Below, in pieces: positions 9,739 to 22,800 of a stretch of 54,908 nt of DNA; the stretch's first letter is position 1; the number at the start of each line of letters is the position of its first letter. The stretch is from Cyanophora paradoxa CCMP329 (Eukaryota; Plantae; Glaucophyta). Both the position numbers and the translations under genes were made by a program. The stretch spans positions 1-54,908 of the forward strand of contig QPMI01000002.1 of NCBI GenBank assembly GCA_004431415.1, in the 5' to 3' direction. The notes beneath the pieces were generated by a model, which was not told the DNA's origin, searched no databases, and was given only the letters and a program-made list of their open reading frames with translations.

Positions 9739-9832
9739 ACACATATTGAAAAACGAATTTAAATCCAGAGTGAATCGAGATCGCGAAGCGATCGAGATGA
9801 ACGAGGGATTTAAATTCGTTTTCAATATGTGT
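9739..9832 (+). other. 94-nt terminal DNA hairpin (27-bp outer stem, three tandem G-A pairs, C-GAA-G triloop) at the virus/host junction
   Basis: acacatattgaaaaacgaatttaaatcc (9739-9766) pairs with ggatttaaattcgttttcaatatgtgt (9806-9832) with one bulged A. The inner part is symmetric about 9786, and every non-Watson-Crick apposition is G-A. Confidence 0.9.
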
Positions 9833-10379
9833 GCCGCGCGCGCTGGGCCGGGTCAATCTACATCTGCCCGTGCATGTTCGTGCCACTACTACTCTTTCAT
9901 TAGATCCAGATTCCCCCCTTGCACCCCGGCGCGCCAAAACGCGGCCGGGCCACTAGTATTATATCTGCGGTTATTCTGACGGCCGCGGGCGGGGAACGAT
10001 GGGAAATCGGAAAACAGGGGCGCACTTGGTGATCCAATTGTGCGGATAGCGAGGAGAAGGGCGGTGCAGCCACTTTTATATGCGACGCAGCGGGTTTCAC
10101 ACCATTGATAAAAATCTGAGTTAATGTTCGAATTTAAAATGGAAGGCAGACCTCGGGCGTTGATGATGCCGGGGTGGGCGGCGAGGATTTCGCGCACCGC
10201 CTGGGGGCGCCCGAAGCAGCAGCGATGTGCAGCACCGACCGGCCGCGGGCGTCGGTCTTGGATTCGTCGGCGCCCAGCGCTAGGAGCACTTCGCGCGGGG
10301 AAATCGATCTTGCAAGAAAGATCCTGAGAGGGATGAGACAGGCGGCTGCGCGAGGCTCGTGAGCGCGGAGCGAAGGGGA

Positions 10380-11300
10380 GACCTAAGGGAGGCCGGCTCA
10401 CTCTGTCGCCAAGAAGGCGTGGAGGGGGGGAGCCCCGCTCGCCCCAGGTCGCCTCATTAACGAGGCGGGCGGCACCCCAGTCCCGGAGCAACTGATTGAT
10501 GACGGGTTAGAGGCCGGAGAAGCCCACCTGCAGCTGGCAGCTGCAGGGGATGCATATATACACTCACGTTCGGAACCTGGCCGACGAGCTGTCGGTCTGC
10601 AGCGCGTCTTGGCGCACTCCGCAGCTGAAGTGAACTTGGGCTGCGATATTCCCGCTCAAACTGGATTGGAAACTGCAAGTAACACCAAGAAAAGGTATCT
10701 AGCTAGAGTGCTATAGCTAGCGCTGTACATGTGCGCACCCTCTTTTTGGGCGAAAAGATGGAGCACCGATGCGCCAGGCATGACAATCGCGGACGCGAAT
10801 TGATCATGAAAAGCTGTGGCCCTGATATCACGAGCGAAATCGATACGCTCATGGGAGCCTCGGAAACGGGCTGACCGATTTCCGCTTCGCGCTTCAAGCT
10901 GAAGTGCCCCGTAGTCGGGTAGGGCGGAGACTGTGGATCGGAGCCGCGGCCATGGAGGGCGGCAGGAATATGAGGGATCGATGGTGGCGAGAAGATCAGA
11001 TAGAGGACGCGTGCATGCGCACCCAGGGGTCTTCCTGTGCCGAAAGCGAGTCGCCGGCACCGCGCGAGCGGTCCGCCCGAACTCCTCCACGAGCCGCTGC
11101 GCCGCCGCAAAGTACTGCCAAGCGCGGCGCTCGAGTCAAAGCGGGGACCGATGAGCGAATTCAACAAAGCATATATAGCGGGGAGCAAATGTGCAAAGGT
11201 ACCCCGAATACATAGCGGAGAGAAGAGCGTGGATCCGTCTTGGAGGCGAGCGTCGATGCCCGCGCAGCGCTGGACCACCGGCAGAAGCTTCATGACCTGG
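10380..11300 (-). CDS. Possible additional 3' exons of the F-box/LRR gene, or a separate small gene
   Basis: GC-rich exon-like blocks with minus-strand splice signals (e.g. acceptor ttatgccag at ~11297 before VMKLLPVVQRC). No recognisable domain. Confidence 0.3.
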
Positions 11301-11360
11301 CATAATAAATAATGCGCGCCGCACGATTTTGATGCGCGCGCGCATGAAATCGAAGGTGCA

Positions 11361-12880
11361 TCAAAATATCGATGCTAGGATTTTATACAACACGTACAAA
11401 CCTTCGCGTAGACTGCTCGCGCTCGCGGGGAGTTCGAGTAGGGTGGCGTCGACAGGACAACGAGTTCTGTCATCTACAAGGACTAGAAAATAAATACACA
11501 TGTACATACGGCGCGGATCCCGGGCCCGGATCTGGAAAACATGTGGGCCCAACGTTCACGCACCAGCTTGAGGAAGTTCTTTCGAGTAACGGAGACACCG
11601 CGTGCCTGCAGCGTTGCCTTCAGGCCCTTGGCGCTCCTGCGAGGCGAAGTCGAAGGTGTGCAAACGGACGTGAAGCTCTACAAGGCAAACTTGACATGAA
11701 AAGTCACGCGCACCAGTGGCGTAGCTTGCTCAAGTGGGTTCGAGCGAGCGTGAAGTGCCAGTCCGAAGGCGGCTCCTTTAACGGATGGACCTGTTCGCAG
11801 ATGCGAGCTCGCTTAAACTGGACGAGTTCTTAAAGTTCAGAGAACGTTAGCCCACAAGGAAAAGCTCTTTGAGAGACGGAAGGCGGGCGAGGAATTGCGA
11901 CAGATTCCGCTCGTCGCAGATGGTGCGGGACAGATCTAGCTCCTCAAGCCGCGGAGCCTGCGCCTGGTTTAAGTAAAGTACGCAACTAGCTATAATATAT
12001 ATCTGTTCGAATTCTGAAAACGGAAAACTCGCACTCGATGTCGGCGAAAGCATGCAGAATGCTCGAAGCGTGCGCTGCAGGCCAGCTCTCCTCCGGAGTG
12101 CTATCTCGGGCCTTCCGAGAGAACTCGTCTGCAACGAGGAAGGTGTCGCTGCGCGTGGCGAGGCATCAGCAGCGGGAAATCCAGCGGCCATGCGCATGGG
12201 GCACAAGCGGCGAGTGCCGCGCCTTAGGTACAGCTTGGTGAGCTTCTCGCTGCAGGACTTGAGCACCGAGGCGAGGCAGCTCGCCGTGATGGAGACGTCC
12301 GACGCGTTCAGGTGAATGAGGTTCTAGGGACCGTTGCATAATATAATAGAAATTCGAAGAAGCTCGATATCAAATCGTAGCGCACTGGCATCTGAGGGAG
12401 GGTCTTCCAAACGTAGGAACGCACGAGCATCGTGCGATTAATATTCGAAATCAAGTGTTCGTTCGTCTCCTCGTAGCGACAGCTCTCCATATGTCCGAGA
12501 AAGCTCGATATGCTGAGATGGGTCAGGTTCGGGCAGTACGAAACGCCTCTGACCGCGTCCCGCCCCGACAAATGAGCGAGTCCCGAGATGCAAAGGCGGC
12601 GAAAATGCCGCCCGTGCCGTCTGCACGAGCCGACGAAGAAAGACGGCGGATCGTCGTGGCGAAAGCGAGGGCTATCCCACAGCGAGGGATCTCCGCTCAG
12701 CGCGCGTAGTCTCCTGTTCACAAGTGCCACTGGAGCGAGGCCCCGCGCCGCTTCCTTCACTAAATTCGACATGATAGCGAGGAGGACTTCATCTGCGCAC
12801 GAAATGTGCCATGTATGATCGCGAGCACCGAAATGTGCCATATGCATTAAATGCGAAAGCCGTCGGCGCATTGCAATCAT
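11361..12880 (-). CDS. F-box / leucine-rich-repeat protein (multi-exon; 3' end uncertain)
   Basis: F-box: ISCADEVLLAIMSNL...LAPVALVNRRLRALSGDPSLW. LRRs: CPNLTHLSIS, MPNLIHLNAS (in frame across GT-AG intron 12324-12385), KLTKLYL, APRLEELDLSRT, LPSLKELFL. Confidence 0.8.
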
Positions 12881-13200
12881 GATCACCAGCGGGAGATTTT
12901 CGATTACCAGGGAAGGAGTCCATCGATATCGATGCCGCGCTAGCGCTTGAAGCGGACATGGGACCGACTGACAGGCTTCTTTCTCTGCCCTGGAGCTAGG
13001 CCGGCCTGTGGAGCTCTTCCGGAGCTCGATCGAGAGGAGTGGATCGAGTTCGAATTCGAGGGGAAATTTATAGCGAATGAAAGAAAAAAGAGGGAAATTG
13101 CATGGGAGTTGATATCGATTACAAAATTCAAAATCATTTGGAGGGGACTTCTTAGGACTTCTTCTTGAAAAATTCAGAGCGAGGGGAATTAAATTAGTGG

Positions 13201-13303
13201 AGGCCGTGGGGGCCAGGAGGGGGGGGGGGGGGAGCGGGAGGAGGTGGGGGGAGGGGAGCGGGAGGAGGTGGGGGAGGAGGTGGAGGGGAGGAGGTGGAGG
13301 GTG
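13201..13303 (+). repeat. G-rich low-complexity tract (GGAGGAGGTGGGG-type units), G-quadruplex-prone
   Basis: Run of ~13 G followed by gagcgggaggaggtggggg x2 and variants. Lies ~320 bp upstream of the F-box gene start. Confidence 0.8.
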
Positions 13304-13845
13304 GCTCATCGATATCATCCTGCATTAGGCTAATTATATAATGTTGGTTAATAATGGGGCACAGCCGCAGCATCTAGAATTTCTCCCGCAGCATCCCTGC
13401 GCATGCTGCAACCTTCAGCTGCTTGCCCTTGAATGCTCGCCAGAAATATTAATGGACACGATGAATAATCTCAGAATAGAATACAGTCGGTTAAGAATAT
13501 GATTGAATATACAAGTCACACAGAGTAGTCGAGCTCATCAGAAGCGAATCGAAAGCTGACTGAAGATATTGGACAGATATTGATGCAGATCTCAGTCTGA
13601 GTCTAGACATGCCTCATCGCGCATGCGCGAAATACAAATAATAGAACAGATGAAGGCTAAATACATCATTGAAATGGCTAACACAGACACTGGGGCTGTG
13701 CGCACACTTTCCTGACCTAGGGCCTGCAATGCGCACACTGCAAGGCTACCGCTACGTGTGAGCCTCTGCCTACATCAATATATCTATATCTAGTTATATA
13801 TAATTATATCTTATCTGTAACGGTCTCGAATTTGAAAGGCTGCGC

Positions 13846-16800
13846 CTATGATGACCCCGGGGCCTTCCAGGTCAGGACGCAGGAGGCCCGCTTCGGGTCA
13901 TGCCGATCCTGCGCGACCTTGTTCAGCTCCAGCTCGAGGTCACCCGGGGCCGCCACGCTCGGGGCCTCCTCCTCGCCTTTGTCACTTCGGGCCTTGCTGT
14001 CGTAGGGCTGCAACTCCACAACGCGGCTCGCGGCGACCGGCACTGGCCCGGAGCGAGACGAGAATGCCATCACTTGGAAGGCGGCAGTGGGTGGGACACT
14101 GTCGACTGAGAACGTGTTGAGCGCGGCTCCTTGTTTGCCGACCGGAGCCGGAGCCGCAGCAATGCGGTTCCCGTTCAGGAAGATTTCGAAGCTGCAGAAT
14201 GGGCATCATAATCAGCCCCGCTAACGAACGCGAGCAGCAATCAATCAATGCACCTCGTCAAGCGGTCCTTGGACGTCACCTTCGGAGTGTTCCAGAGCAG
14301 CTTTGCGCGGGATCCGTTGACTCGCGTCGGCCGCGCAGTCAGGTGAATCCCTGTGGCAGTATTCGAAGCCACACCCATAGAGAGGCTGTACGACGGGGGG
14401 CCAGAGGCGCCGCCAGCATTCACTGCATAAACATCAAGGATGGCGTTCGCATCGAACTCCACATCGGTGATCTCGAAAGAATGCTGCGTCCGCGGAACCG
14501 TCCCAATATTCTCGCCGTTCCGACGGATTACGTAGTAGGCAGGAAGAAGCGGGAAAAGCGACAGCGCCGGCGCTGCAGGTGCCGGAGTCGGAATTGCCGC
14601 TGCAGCCACAACCGTCGCAGCAGTGGCGGATTCTCCCAATAGAAGTCCTGCACCGTTGAAGGATGTCGAGGAGCGACGGTGTCTGGATCCATTGAACGCC
14701 CCGTCATGGACGCTATGGCCGGCTGAAGTACTCATTGTCCAACCGGGACCGGAGAGCGAGCCACTACGGGCGCCCAAGATCCGCGAGCCCGAGATCGGCA
14801 CAGGCGTGCTCGACAGCGTGGCGCCTGACGCGAACACCGCCACCACCTCCGCCACCGCACCCGACGGCAGGCTCTTTGCCTCGAAACCGTTCATCGCGAT
14901 TCCCGACGGCGGCAGCGTCGCGACGACCTGGCCGTTCACCAGCAGCTTGTAGAGAGTCACTGTATCAGACGCAGCAGGCGTGTTCCACGAGAGCTGCGCT
15001 GACGAGCCGTTCGACGCGGTAGGCACCGCCTTAAGGGTGATGCCACTGTTCGGGTCCCGGGCGATGCCAGCGATGAGCGGCTTCGACTCGGCTCCGCTGG
15101 CGCCGTCCACTGCCACCACGACAAATGTCGACACCAAGCCCTCGCAAGGTCCGGCACCTCCACCGACGTTTGCGTCCCCGGCACCCTCGCAATCTCAACG
15201 CCGTCGCGCAGCACACGGTGCGCAAGCGGCGGGCCCGTCGTCGGCAGCGACCACGAGAGCGTGCCCGTCGTGCCGCCGAACATGCCGGACGCGACATCCA
15301 CCAGCTGCAGGTTCGTGGGCGCCGTCGACTTGCGGGCGGCCCGAACGCCAAACCCGCTGCCGCCGCCTCCCGCCGAGATCGGCACAGGCGTGCTCGACAG
15401 CGTGGCGCCTGACGCGAACACCGCCACCACCTCCGCCACCGCACCCGACGGCAGGCTCTTTGCCTCGAAACCGTTCATTGCGATTCCCGACGGCGGCAGC
15501 GTCGCGACGACCTGGCCGTTCACCAGCAGCTTGTAGAGAGTCACTGTATCAGACGCAGCAGGCGTGTTCCACGAGAGCTGCGCTGACGAGCCGTTCGAAG
15601 CGGTAGGCACCGCCTTAAGGGTGATGCCACTGTTCGGGTCCCGGGCGATGCCAGCGATGAGCGGCTTCGACTCGGCTCCGCTGGCGCCGTCCACTGCCAC
15701 CACGACAAATGTCGACACCAAGCCCCTCGCAAGGTCCGGCACCTCCACCGACGTTTGCGTCCCCGGCACCCTCGCAATCTCAACGCCGTCGCGCAGCACA
15801 CGGTGCGCAAGCGGCGGGCCCGTCGTCGGCAGCGACCACGAGAGCGTGCCCGTCGTGCCGCCGAACATGCCGGACGCGACATCCACCAGCTGCAGGTTCG
15901 TGGCGCCGTCGACTTGCGGGCGGCCACAATTGCAACGCCAAACCCGCTGCCGCCGCCTCCCGCCGAGATCGGCACAGGCGTGCTCGACAGCATGGCGCCT
16001 GACGCGAACACCGCCACCACCTCCGCCACCGCACCCGACGGCAGGCTCTTTGCCTCGAAACCGTTCATTGCGATTCCCGACGGCGGCAGCGTCGCGACGA
16101 CCTGGCCGTTCACCAGCAGCTTGTAGAGAGTCACTGTATCAGACGCAGCAGGCGTGTTCCACGAGAGCTGCGCTGACGAGCCGTTCGACGCGGTAGGCAC
16201 CGCCTTAAGGGTGATGCCACTGTTCGGGTCCCGGGCGATGCCAGCGATGAGCGGCTTCGACTCGGCTCCGCTGGCGCCGTCCACTGCCACCACGACAAAT
16301 GTCGACACCAAGCCCCTCGCAAGGTCCGGCACCTCCACCGACGTTTGCGTCCCCGGCACCCTCGCAATCTCAACGCCGTCGCGCAGCACACGGTGCGCAA
16401 GCGGCGGGCCCGTCGTCGGCAGCGACCACGAGAGCGTGCCCGTCGTGCCGCCGAACATGCCGGACGCGACATCCACCAGCTGCAGGTTCGTGGGCGCCGT
16501 CGACTTGCGGGCGGCCCCAACGCCAAACCCGCTGCCGCCACCTCCCGCCGAGATCGGCACAGGCGTGCTCGACAGCGTGGCGCCTGACGCGAACACCGCC
16601 ACCACCTCCGCCACCGCACCCGACGGCAGGCTCTTTGCCTCGAAACCGTTCATCGCGATTCCCGACGGCGGCAGCGTCGCGACGACCTGGCCGTTCACCA
16701 GCAGCTTGTAGAGAGTCACTGTATCAGACGCAGCAGGCGTGTTCCACGAGAGCTGCGCTGACGAGCCGTTCGACGCGGTAGGCACCGCCTTAAGGGTGAT

Positions 16801-19800
16801 GCCACTGTTCGGGTCCCGGGCGATGCCAGCGATGAGCGGCTTCGACTCGGCTCCGCTGGCGCCGTCCACTGCCACCACGACAAATGTCGACACCAAGCCC
16901 CTCGCAAGGTCCGGCACCTCCACCGACGTTTGCGTCCCCGGCACCCTCGCAATCTCAACGCCGTCGCGCAGCACACGGTGCGCAAGCGGCGGGCCCGTCG
17001 TCGGCAGCGACCACGAGAGCGTGCCCGTCGTGCCGCCGAACATGCCGGACGCGACATCCACCAGCTGCAGGTTCGTGGGCGCCGTCGACTTGCGGGCGGC
17101 CCCAACGCCAAACCCGCTGCCGCCGCCTCCCGCCGAGATCGGCACAGGCGTGCTCGACAGCGTGGCGCCTGACGCGAACACCGCCACCACCTCCGCCACC
17201 GCACCCGACGGCAGGCTCTTTGCCTCGAAACCGTTCATCGCGATTCCCGACGGCGGCAGCGTCGCGACGACCTGGCCGTTCACCAGCAGCTTGTAGAGAG
17301 TCACTGTATCAGACGCAGCAGGCGTGTTCCACGAGAGCTGCGCTGACGAGCCGTTCGACGCGGTAGGCACCGCTTTGAGGGTGATGCCACTGTTCGGGTC
17401 CCGGGCGATGCCAGCAATGAGCGGCTTCGACTCGGCTCCGCTGGCGCCGTCCACTGCCACCACGACAAATGTCGACACCAAGCCCCTCGCAAGGTCCGGC
17501 ACCTCCACCGACGTTTGCGTCCCCGGCACCCTCGCAATCTCAACGCCGTCGCGCAGCACACGGTGCGCAAGCGGCGGGCCCGTCGTCGGCAGCGACCACG
17601 AGAGCGTGCCCGTCGTGCCGCCGAACATGCCGGACGCGACATCCACCAGCTGCAGGTTCGTGGGCGCCGTCGACTTGCGGGCGGCCCCAATTGCAACGCC
17701 AAACCCGCTGCCGCCGCCTCCCGCCGAGATCGGCACAGGCGTGCTCGACAGCGTGGCGCCTGACGCGAACACCGCCACCACCTCCGCCACCGCACCCGAC
17801 GGCAGGCTCTTTGCCTCGAAACCGTTCATCGCGATTCCCGACGGCGGCAGCGTCGCGACGACCTGGCCGTTCACCAGCAGCTTGTAGAGAGTCACTGTAT
17901 CAGACGCAGCAGGCGTGTTCCACGAGAGCTGCGCTGACGAGCCGTTCGACGCGGTAGGCACCGCCTTAAGGGTGATGCCACTGTTCGGGTCCCGGGCGAT
18001 GCCAGCGATGAGCGGCTTCGACTCGGCTCCGCTGGCGCCGTCCACTGCCACCACGACAAATGTCGACACCAAGCCCCTCGCAAGGTCCGGCACCTCCACC
18101 GACGTTTGCGTCCCCGGCACCCTCGCAATCTCAACGCCGTCGCGCAGCACACGGTGCGCAAGCGGCGGGCCCGTCGTCGGCAGCGACCACGAGAGCGTGC
18201 CCGTCGTGCCGCCGAACATGCCGGACGCGACATCCACCAGCTGCAGGTTCGTGGGCGCCGTCGACTTGCGGGCGGCCCCAACGCCAAACCCGCTGCCGCC
18301 ACCTCCCGCCGAGATCGGCACAGGCGTGCTCGACAGCGTGGCGCCTGACGCGAACACCGCCACCACCTCCGCCACCGCACCCGACGGCAGGCTCTTTGCC
18401 TCGAAACCGTTCATCGCGATTCCCGACGGCGGCAGCGTCGCGACGACCTGGCCGTTCACCAGCAGCTTGTAGAGAGTCACTGTATCAGACGCAGCAGGCG
18501 TGTTCCACGAGAGCTGCGCTGACGAGCCGTTCGACGCGGTAGGCACCGCCTTAAGGGTGATGCCACTGTTCGGGTCCCGGGCGATGCCAGCGATGAGCGG
18601 CTTCGACTCGGCTCCGCTGGCGCCGTCCACTGCCACCACGACAAATGTCGACACCAAGCCCCTCGCAAGGTCCGGCACCTCCACCGACGTTTGCGTCCCC
18701 GGCACCCTCGCAATCTCAACGCCGTCGCGCAGCACACGGTGCGCAAGCGGCGGGCCCGTCGTCGGCAGCGACCACGAGAGCGTGCCCGTCGTGCCGCCGA
18801 ACATGCCGGACGCGACATCCACCAGCTGCAGGTTCGTGGGCGCCGTCGACTTGCGGGCGGCCCCAACGCCAAACCCGCTGCCGCCGCCTCCCGCCGAGAT
18901 CGGCACAGGCGTGCTCGACAGCGTGGCGCCTGACGCGAACACCGCCACCACCTCCGCCACCGCACCCGACGGCAGGCTCTTTGCCTCGAAACCGTTCATC
19001 GCGATTCCCGACGGCGGCAGCGTCGCGACGACCTGGCCGTTCACCAGCAGCTTGTAGAGAGTCACTGTATCAGACGCAGCAGGCGTGTTCCACGAGAGCT
19101 GCGCTGACGAGCCGTTCGACGCGGTAGGCACCGCTTTGAGGGTGATGCCACTGTTCGGGTCCCGGGCGATGCCAGCAATGAGCGGCTTCGACTCGGCTCC
19201 GCTGGCGCCGTCCACTGCCACCACGACAAATGTCGACACCAAGCCCCTCGCAAGGTCCGGCACCTCCACCGACGTTTGCGTCCCCGGCACCCTCGCAATC
19301 TCAACGCCGTCGCGCAGCACACGGTGCGCAAGCGGCGGGCCCGTCGTCGGCAGCGACCACGAGAGCGTGCCCGTCGTGCCGCCGAACATGCCGGACGCGA
19401 CATCCACCAGCTGCAGGTTCGTGGGCGCCGTCGACTTGCGGGCGGCCCCAATTGCAACGCCAAACCCGCTGCCGCCGCCTCCCGCCGAGATCGGCACAGG
19501 CGTGCTCGACAGCGTGGCGCCTGACGCGAACACCGCCACCACCTCCGCCACCGCACCCGACGGCAGGCTCTTTGCCTCGAAACCGTTCATCGCGATTCCC
19601 GACGGCGGCAGCGTCGCGACGACCTGGCCGTTCACCAGCAGCTTGTAGAGAGTCACTGTATCAGACGCAGCAGGCGTGTTCCACGAGAGCTGCGCTGACG
19701 AGCCGTTCGACGCGGTAGGCACCGCCTTAAGGGTGATGCCACTGTTCGGGTCCCGGGCGATGCCAGCGATGAGCGGCTTCGACTCGGCTCCGCTGGCGCC

Positions 19801-22800
19801 GTCCACTGCCACCACGACAAATGTCGACACCAAGCCCCTCGCAAGGTCCGGCACCTCCACCGACGTTTGCGTCCCCGGCACCCTCGCAATCTCAACGCCG
19901 TCGCGCAGCACACGGTGCGCAAGCGGCGGGCCCGTCGTCGGCAGCGACCACGAGAGCGTGCCCGTCGTGCCGCCGAACATGCCGGACGCGACATCCACCA
20001 GCTGCAGGTTCGTGGGCGCCGTCGACTTGCGGGCGGCCCCAACGCCAAACCCGCTGCCGCCACCTCCCGCCGAGATCGGCACAGGCGTGCTCGACAGCGT
20101 GGCGCCTGACGCGAACACCGCCACCACCTCCGCCACCGCACCCGACGGCAGGCTCTTTGCCTCGAAACCGTTCATCGCGATTCCCGACGGCGGCAGCGTC
20201 GCGACGACCTGGCCGTTCACCAGCAGCTTGTAGAGAGTCACTGTATCAGACGCAGCAGGCGTGTTCCACGAGAGCTGCGCTGACGAGCCGTTCGACGCGG
20301 TAGGCACCGCCTTAAGGGTGATGCCACTGTTCGGGTCCCGGGCGATGCCAGCGATGAGCGGCTTCGACTCGGCTCCGCTGGCGCCGTCCACTGCCACCAC
20401 GACAAATGTCGACACCAAGCCCCTCGCAAGGTCCGGCACCTCCACCGACGTTTGCGTCCCCGGCACCCTCGCAATCTCAACGCCGTCGCGCAGCACACGG
20501 TGCGCAAGCGGCGGGCCCGTCGTCGGCAGCGACCACGAGAGCGTGCCCGTCGTGCCGCCGAACATGCCGGACGCGACATCCACCAGCTGCAGGTTCGTGG
20601 GCGCCGTCGACTTGCGGGCGGCCCCAACGCCAAACCCGCTGCCGCCGCCTCCCGCCGAGATCGGCACAGGCGTGCTCGACAGCGTGGCGCCTGACGCGAA
20701 CACCGCCACCACCTCCGCCACCGCACCCGACGGCAGGCTCTTTGCCTCGAAACCGTTCATCGCGATTCCCGACGGCGGCAGCGTCGCGACGACCTGGCCG
20801 TTCACCAGCAGCTTGTAGAGAGTCACTGTATCAGACGCAGCAGGCGTGTTCCACGAGAGCTGCGCTGACGAGCCGTTCGACGCGGTAGGCACCGCTTTGA
20901 GGGTGATGCCACTGTTCGGGTCCCGGGCGATGCCAGCAATGAGCGGCTTCGACTCGGCTCCACTGGCGCCGTCCACTGCCACCACGACAAATGTCGACAC
21001 CAAGCCCCTCGCAAGGTCCGGCACCTCCACCGACGTTTGCGTCCCCGGCACCCTCGCAATCTCAACGCCGTCGCGCAGCACACGGTGCGCAAGCGGCGGG
21101 CCCGTCGTCGGCAGCGACCACGAGAGCGTGCCCGTCGTGCCGCCGAACATGCCGGACGCGACATCCACCAGCTGCAGGTTCGTGGGCGCCGTCGACTTGC
21201 GGGCGGCCCCAATTGCAACGCCAAACCCGCTGCCGCCGCCTCCCGCCGAGATCGGCACAGGCGTGCTCGACAGCGTGGCGCCTGACGCGAACACCGCCAC
21301 CACCTCCGCCACCGCACCCGACGGCAGGCTCTTTGCCTCGAAACCGTTCATCGCGATTCCCGACGGCGGCAGCGTCGCGACGACCTGGCCGTTCACCAGC
21401 AGCTTGTAGAGAGTCACTGTATCAGACGCAGCAGGCGTGTTCCACGAGAGCTGCGCTGACGAGCCGTTCGACGCGGTAGGCACCGCCTTAAGGGTGATGC
21501 CACTGTTCGGGTCCCGGGCGATGCCAGCGATGAGCGGCTTCGACTCGGCTCCGCTGGCGCCGTCCACTGCCACCACGACAAATGTCGACACCAAGCCCCT
21601 CGCAAGGTCCGGCACCTCCACCGACGTTTGCGTCCCCGGCACCCTCGCAATCTCAACGCCGTCGCGCAGCACACGGTGCGCAAGCGGCGGGCCCGTCGTC
21701 GGCAGCGACCACGAGAGCGTGCCCGTCGTGCCGCCGAACATGCCGGACGCGACATCCACCAGCTGCAGGTTCGTGGGCGCCGTCGACTTGCGGGCGGCCC
21801 CAACGCCAAACCCGCTGCCGCCGCCTCCCGCCGAGATCGGCACAGGCGTGCTCGACAGCGTGGCGCCTGACGCGAACACCGCCACCACCTCCGCCACCGC
21901 ACCCGACGGCAGGCTCTTTGCCTCGAAACCGTTCATCGCGATTCCCGACGGCGGCAGCGTCGCGACGACCTGGCCGTTCACCAGCAGCTTGTAGAGAGTC
22001 ACTGTATCAGACGCAGCAGGCGTGTTCCACGAGAGCTGCGCTGACGAGCCGTTCGACGCGGTAGGCACCGCTTTGAGGGTGATGCCACTGTTCGGGTCCC
22101 GGGCGATGCCAGCGATGAGCGGCTTCGACTCGGCTCCGCTGGCGCCGTCCACTGCCACCACGACAAATGTCGACACCAAGCCCCTCGCAAGGTCCGGCAC
22201 CTCCACCGACGTTTGCGTCCCCGGCACCCTCGCAATCTCAACGCCGTCGCGCAGCACACGGTGCGCAAGCGGCGGGCCCGTCGTCGGCAGCGACCACGAG
22301 AGCGTGCCCGTCGTGCCGCCGAACATGCCGGACGCGACATCCACCAGCTGCAGGTTCGTGGGCGCCGTCGACTTGCGGGCGGCCCGAACGCCAAACCCGC
22401 TGCCGCCGCCTCCCGCCGAGATCGGCACAGGCGTGCTCGACAGCGTGGCGCCTGACGCGAACACCGCCACCACCTCCGCCACCGCACCCGACGGCAGGCT
22501 CTTTGCCTCGAAACCGTTCATTGCGATTCCCGACGGCGGCAGCGTCGCGACGACCTGGCCGTTCACCAGCAGCTTGTAGAGAGTCACTGTATCAGACGCA
22601 GCAGGCGTGTTCCACGAGAGCTGCGCTGACGAGCCGTTCGACGCGGTAGGCACCGCCTTGAGGGTGATGCCACTGTTCGGGTCCCGGGCGATGCCAGCGA
22701 TGAGCGGCTTCGACTCGGCTCCGCTGGCGCCGTCCACTGCCACCACGACAAATGTCGACACCAAGCCCCTCGCAAGGTCCGGCACCTCCACCGACGTTTG

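Larger units (their letters stand above)
1..9832. mobile_element. Right-hand part of an endogenous DNA-virus element (NCLDV-, Polinton-like- or virophage-type; class undetermined) in a GC-rich eukaryotic genome
   Basis: AT-rich, intronless and gene-dense, with ~20-50 bp AT-rich spacers and no consistent Shine-Dalgarno motif. Carries virion-fibre, AdoMetDC, DUF723-like and F-box-like genes. Non-coding repeat-rich terminus 8581-9832, then an abrupt switch to GC-rich intron-containing DNA at 9833. No hallmark capsid, polB or integrase in the window. Confidence 0.8.

Noticed and set aside
9739-9832. Rho-independent terminator, tiny MITE or protelomerase site
   Set aside because: There is no U-tract or adjacent gene end and no TSD, and the centre is not a perfect palindrome.
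7986-12880. Functional link between the viral F-box-like peptide and the adjacent host F-box gene
   Set aside because: There is no sequence similarity beyond the generic motif and the composition differs; adjacency is probably coincidental.
12881-13318. Pro/His-rich N-terminal extension of the F-box ORF
   Set aside because: It derives from a G-rich low-complexity tract and AT-rich promoter-like DNA; the likely start is 12871 or 12880.
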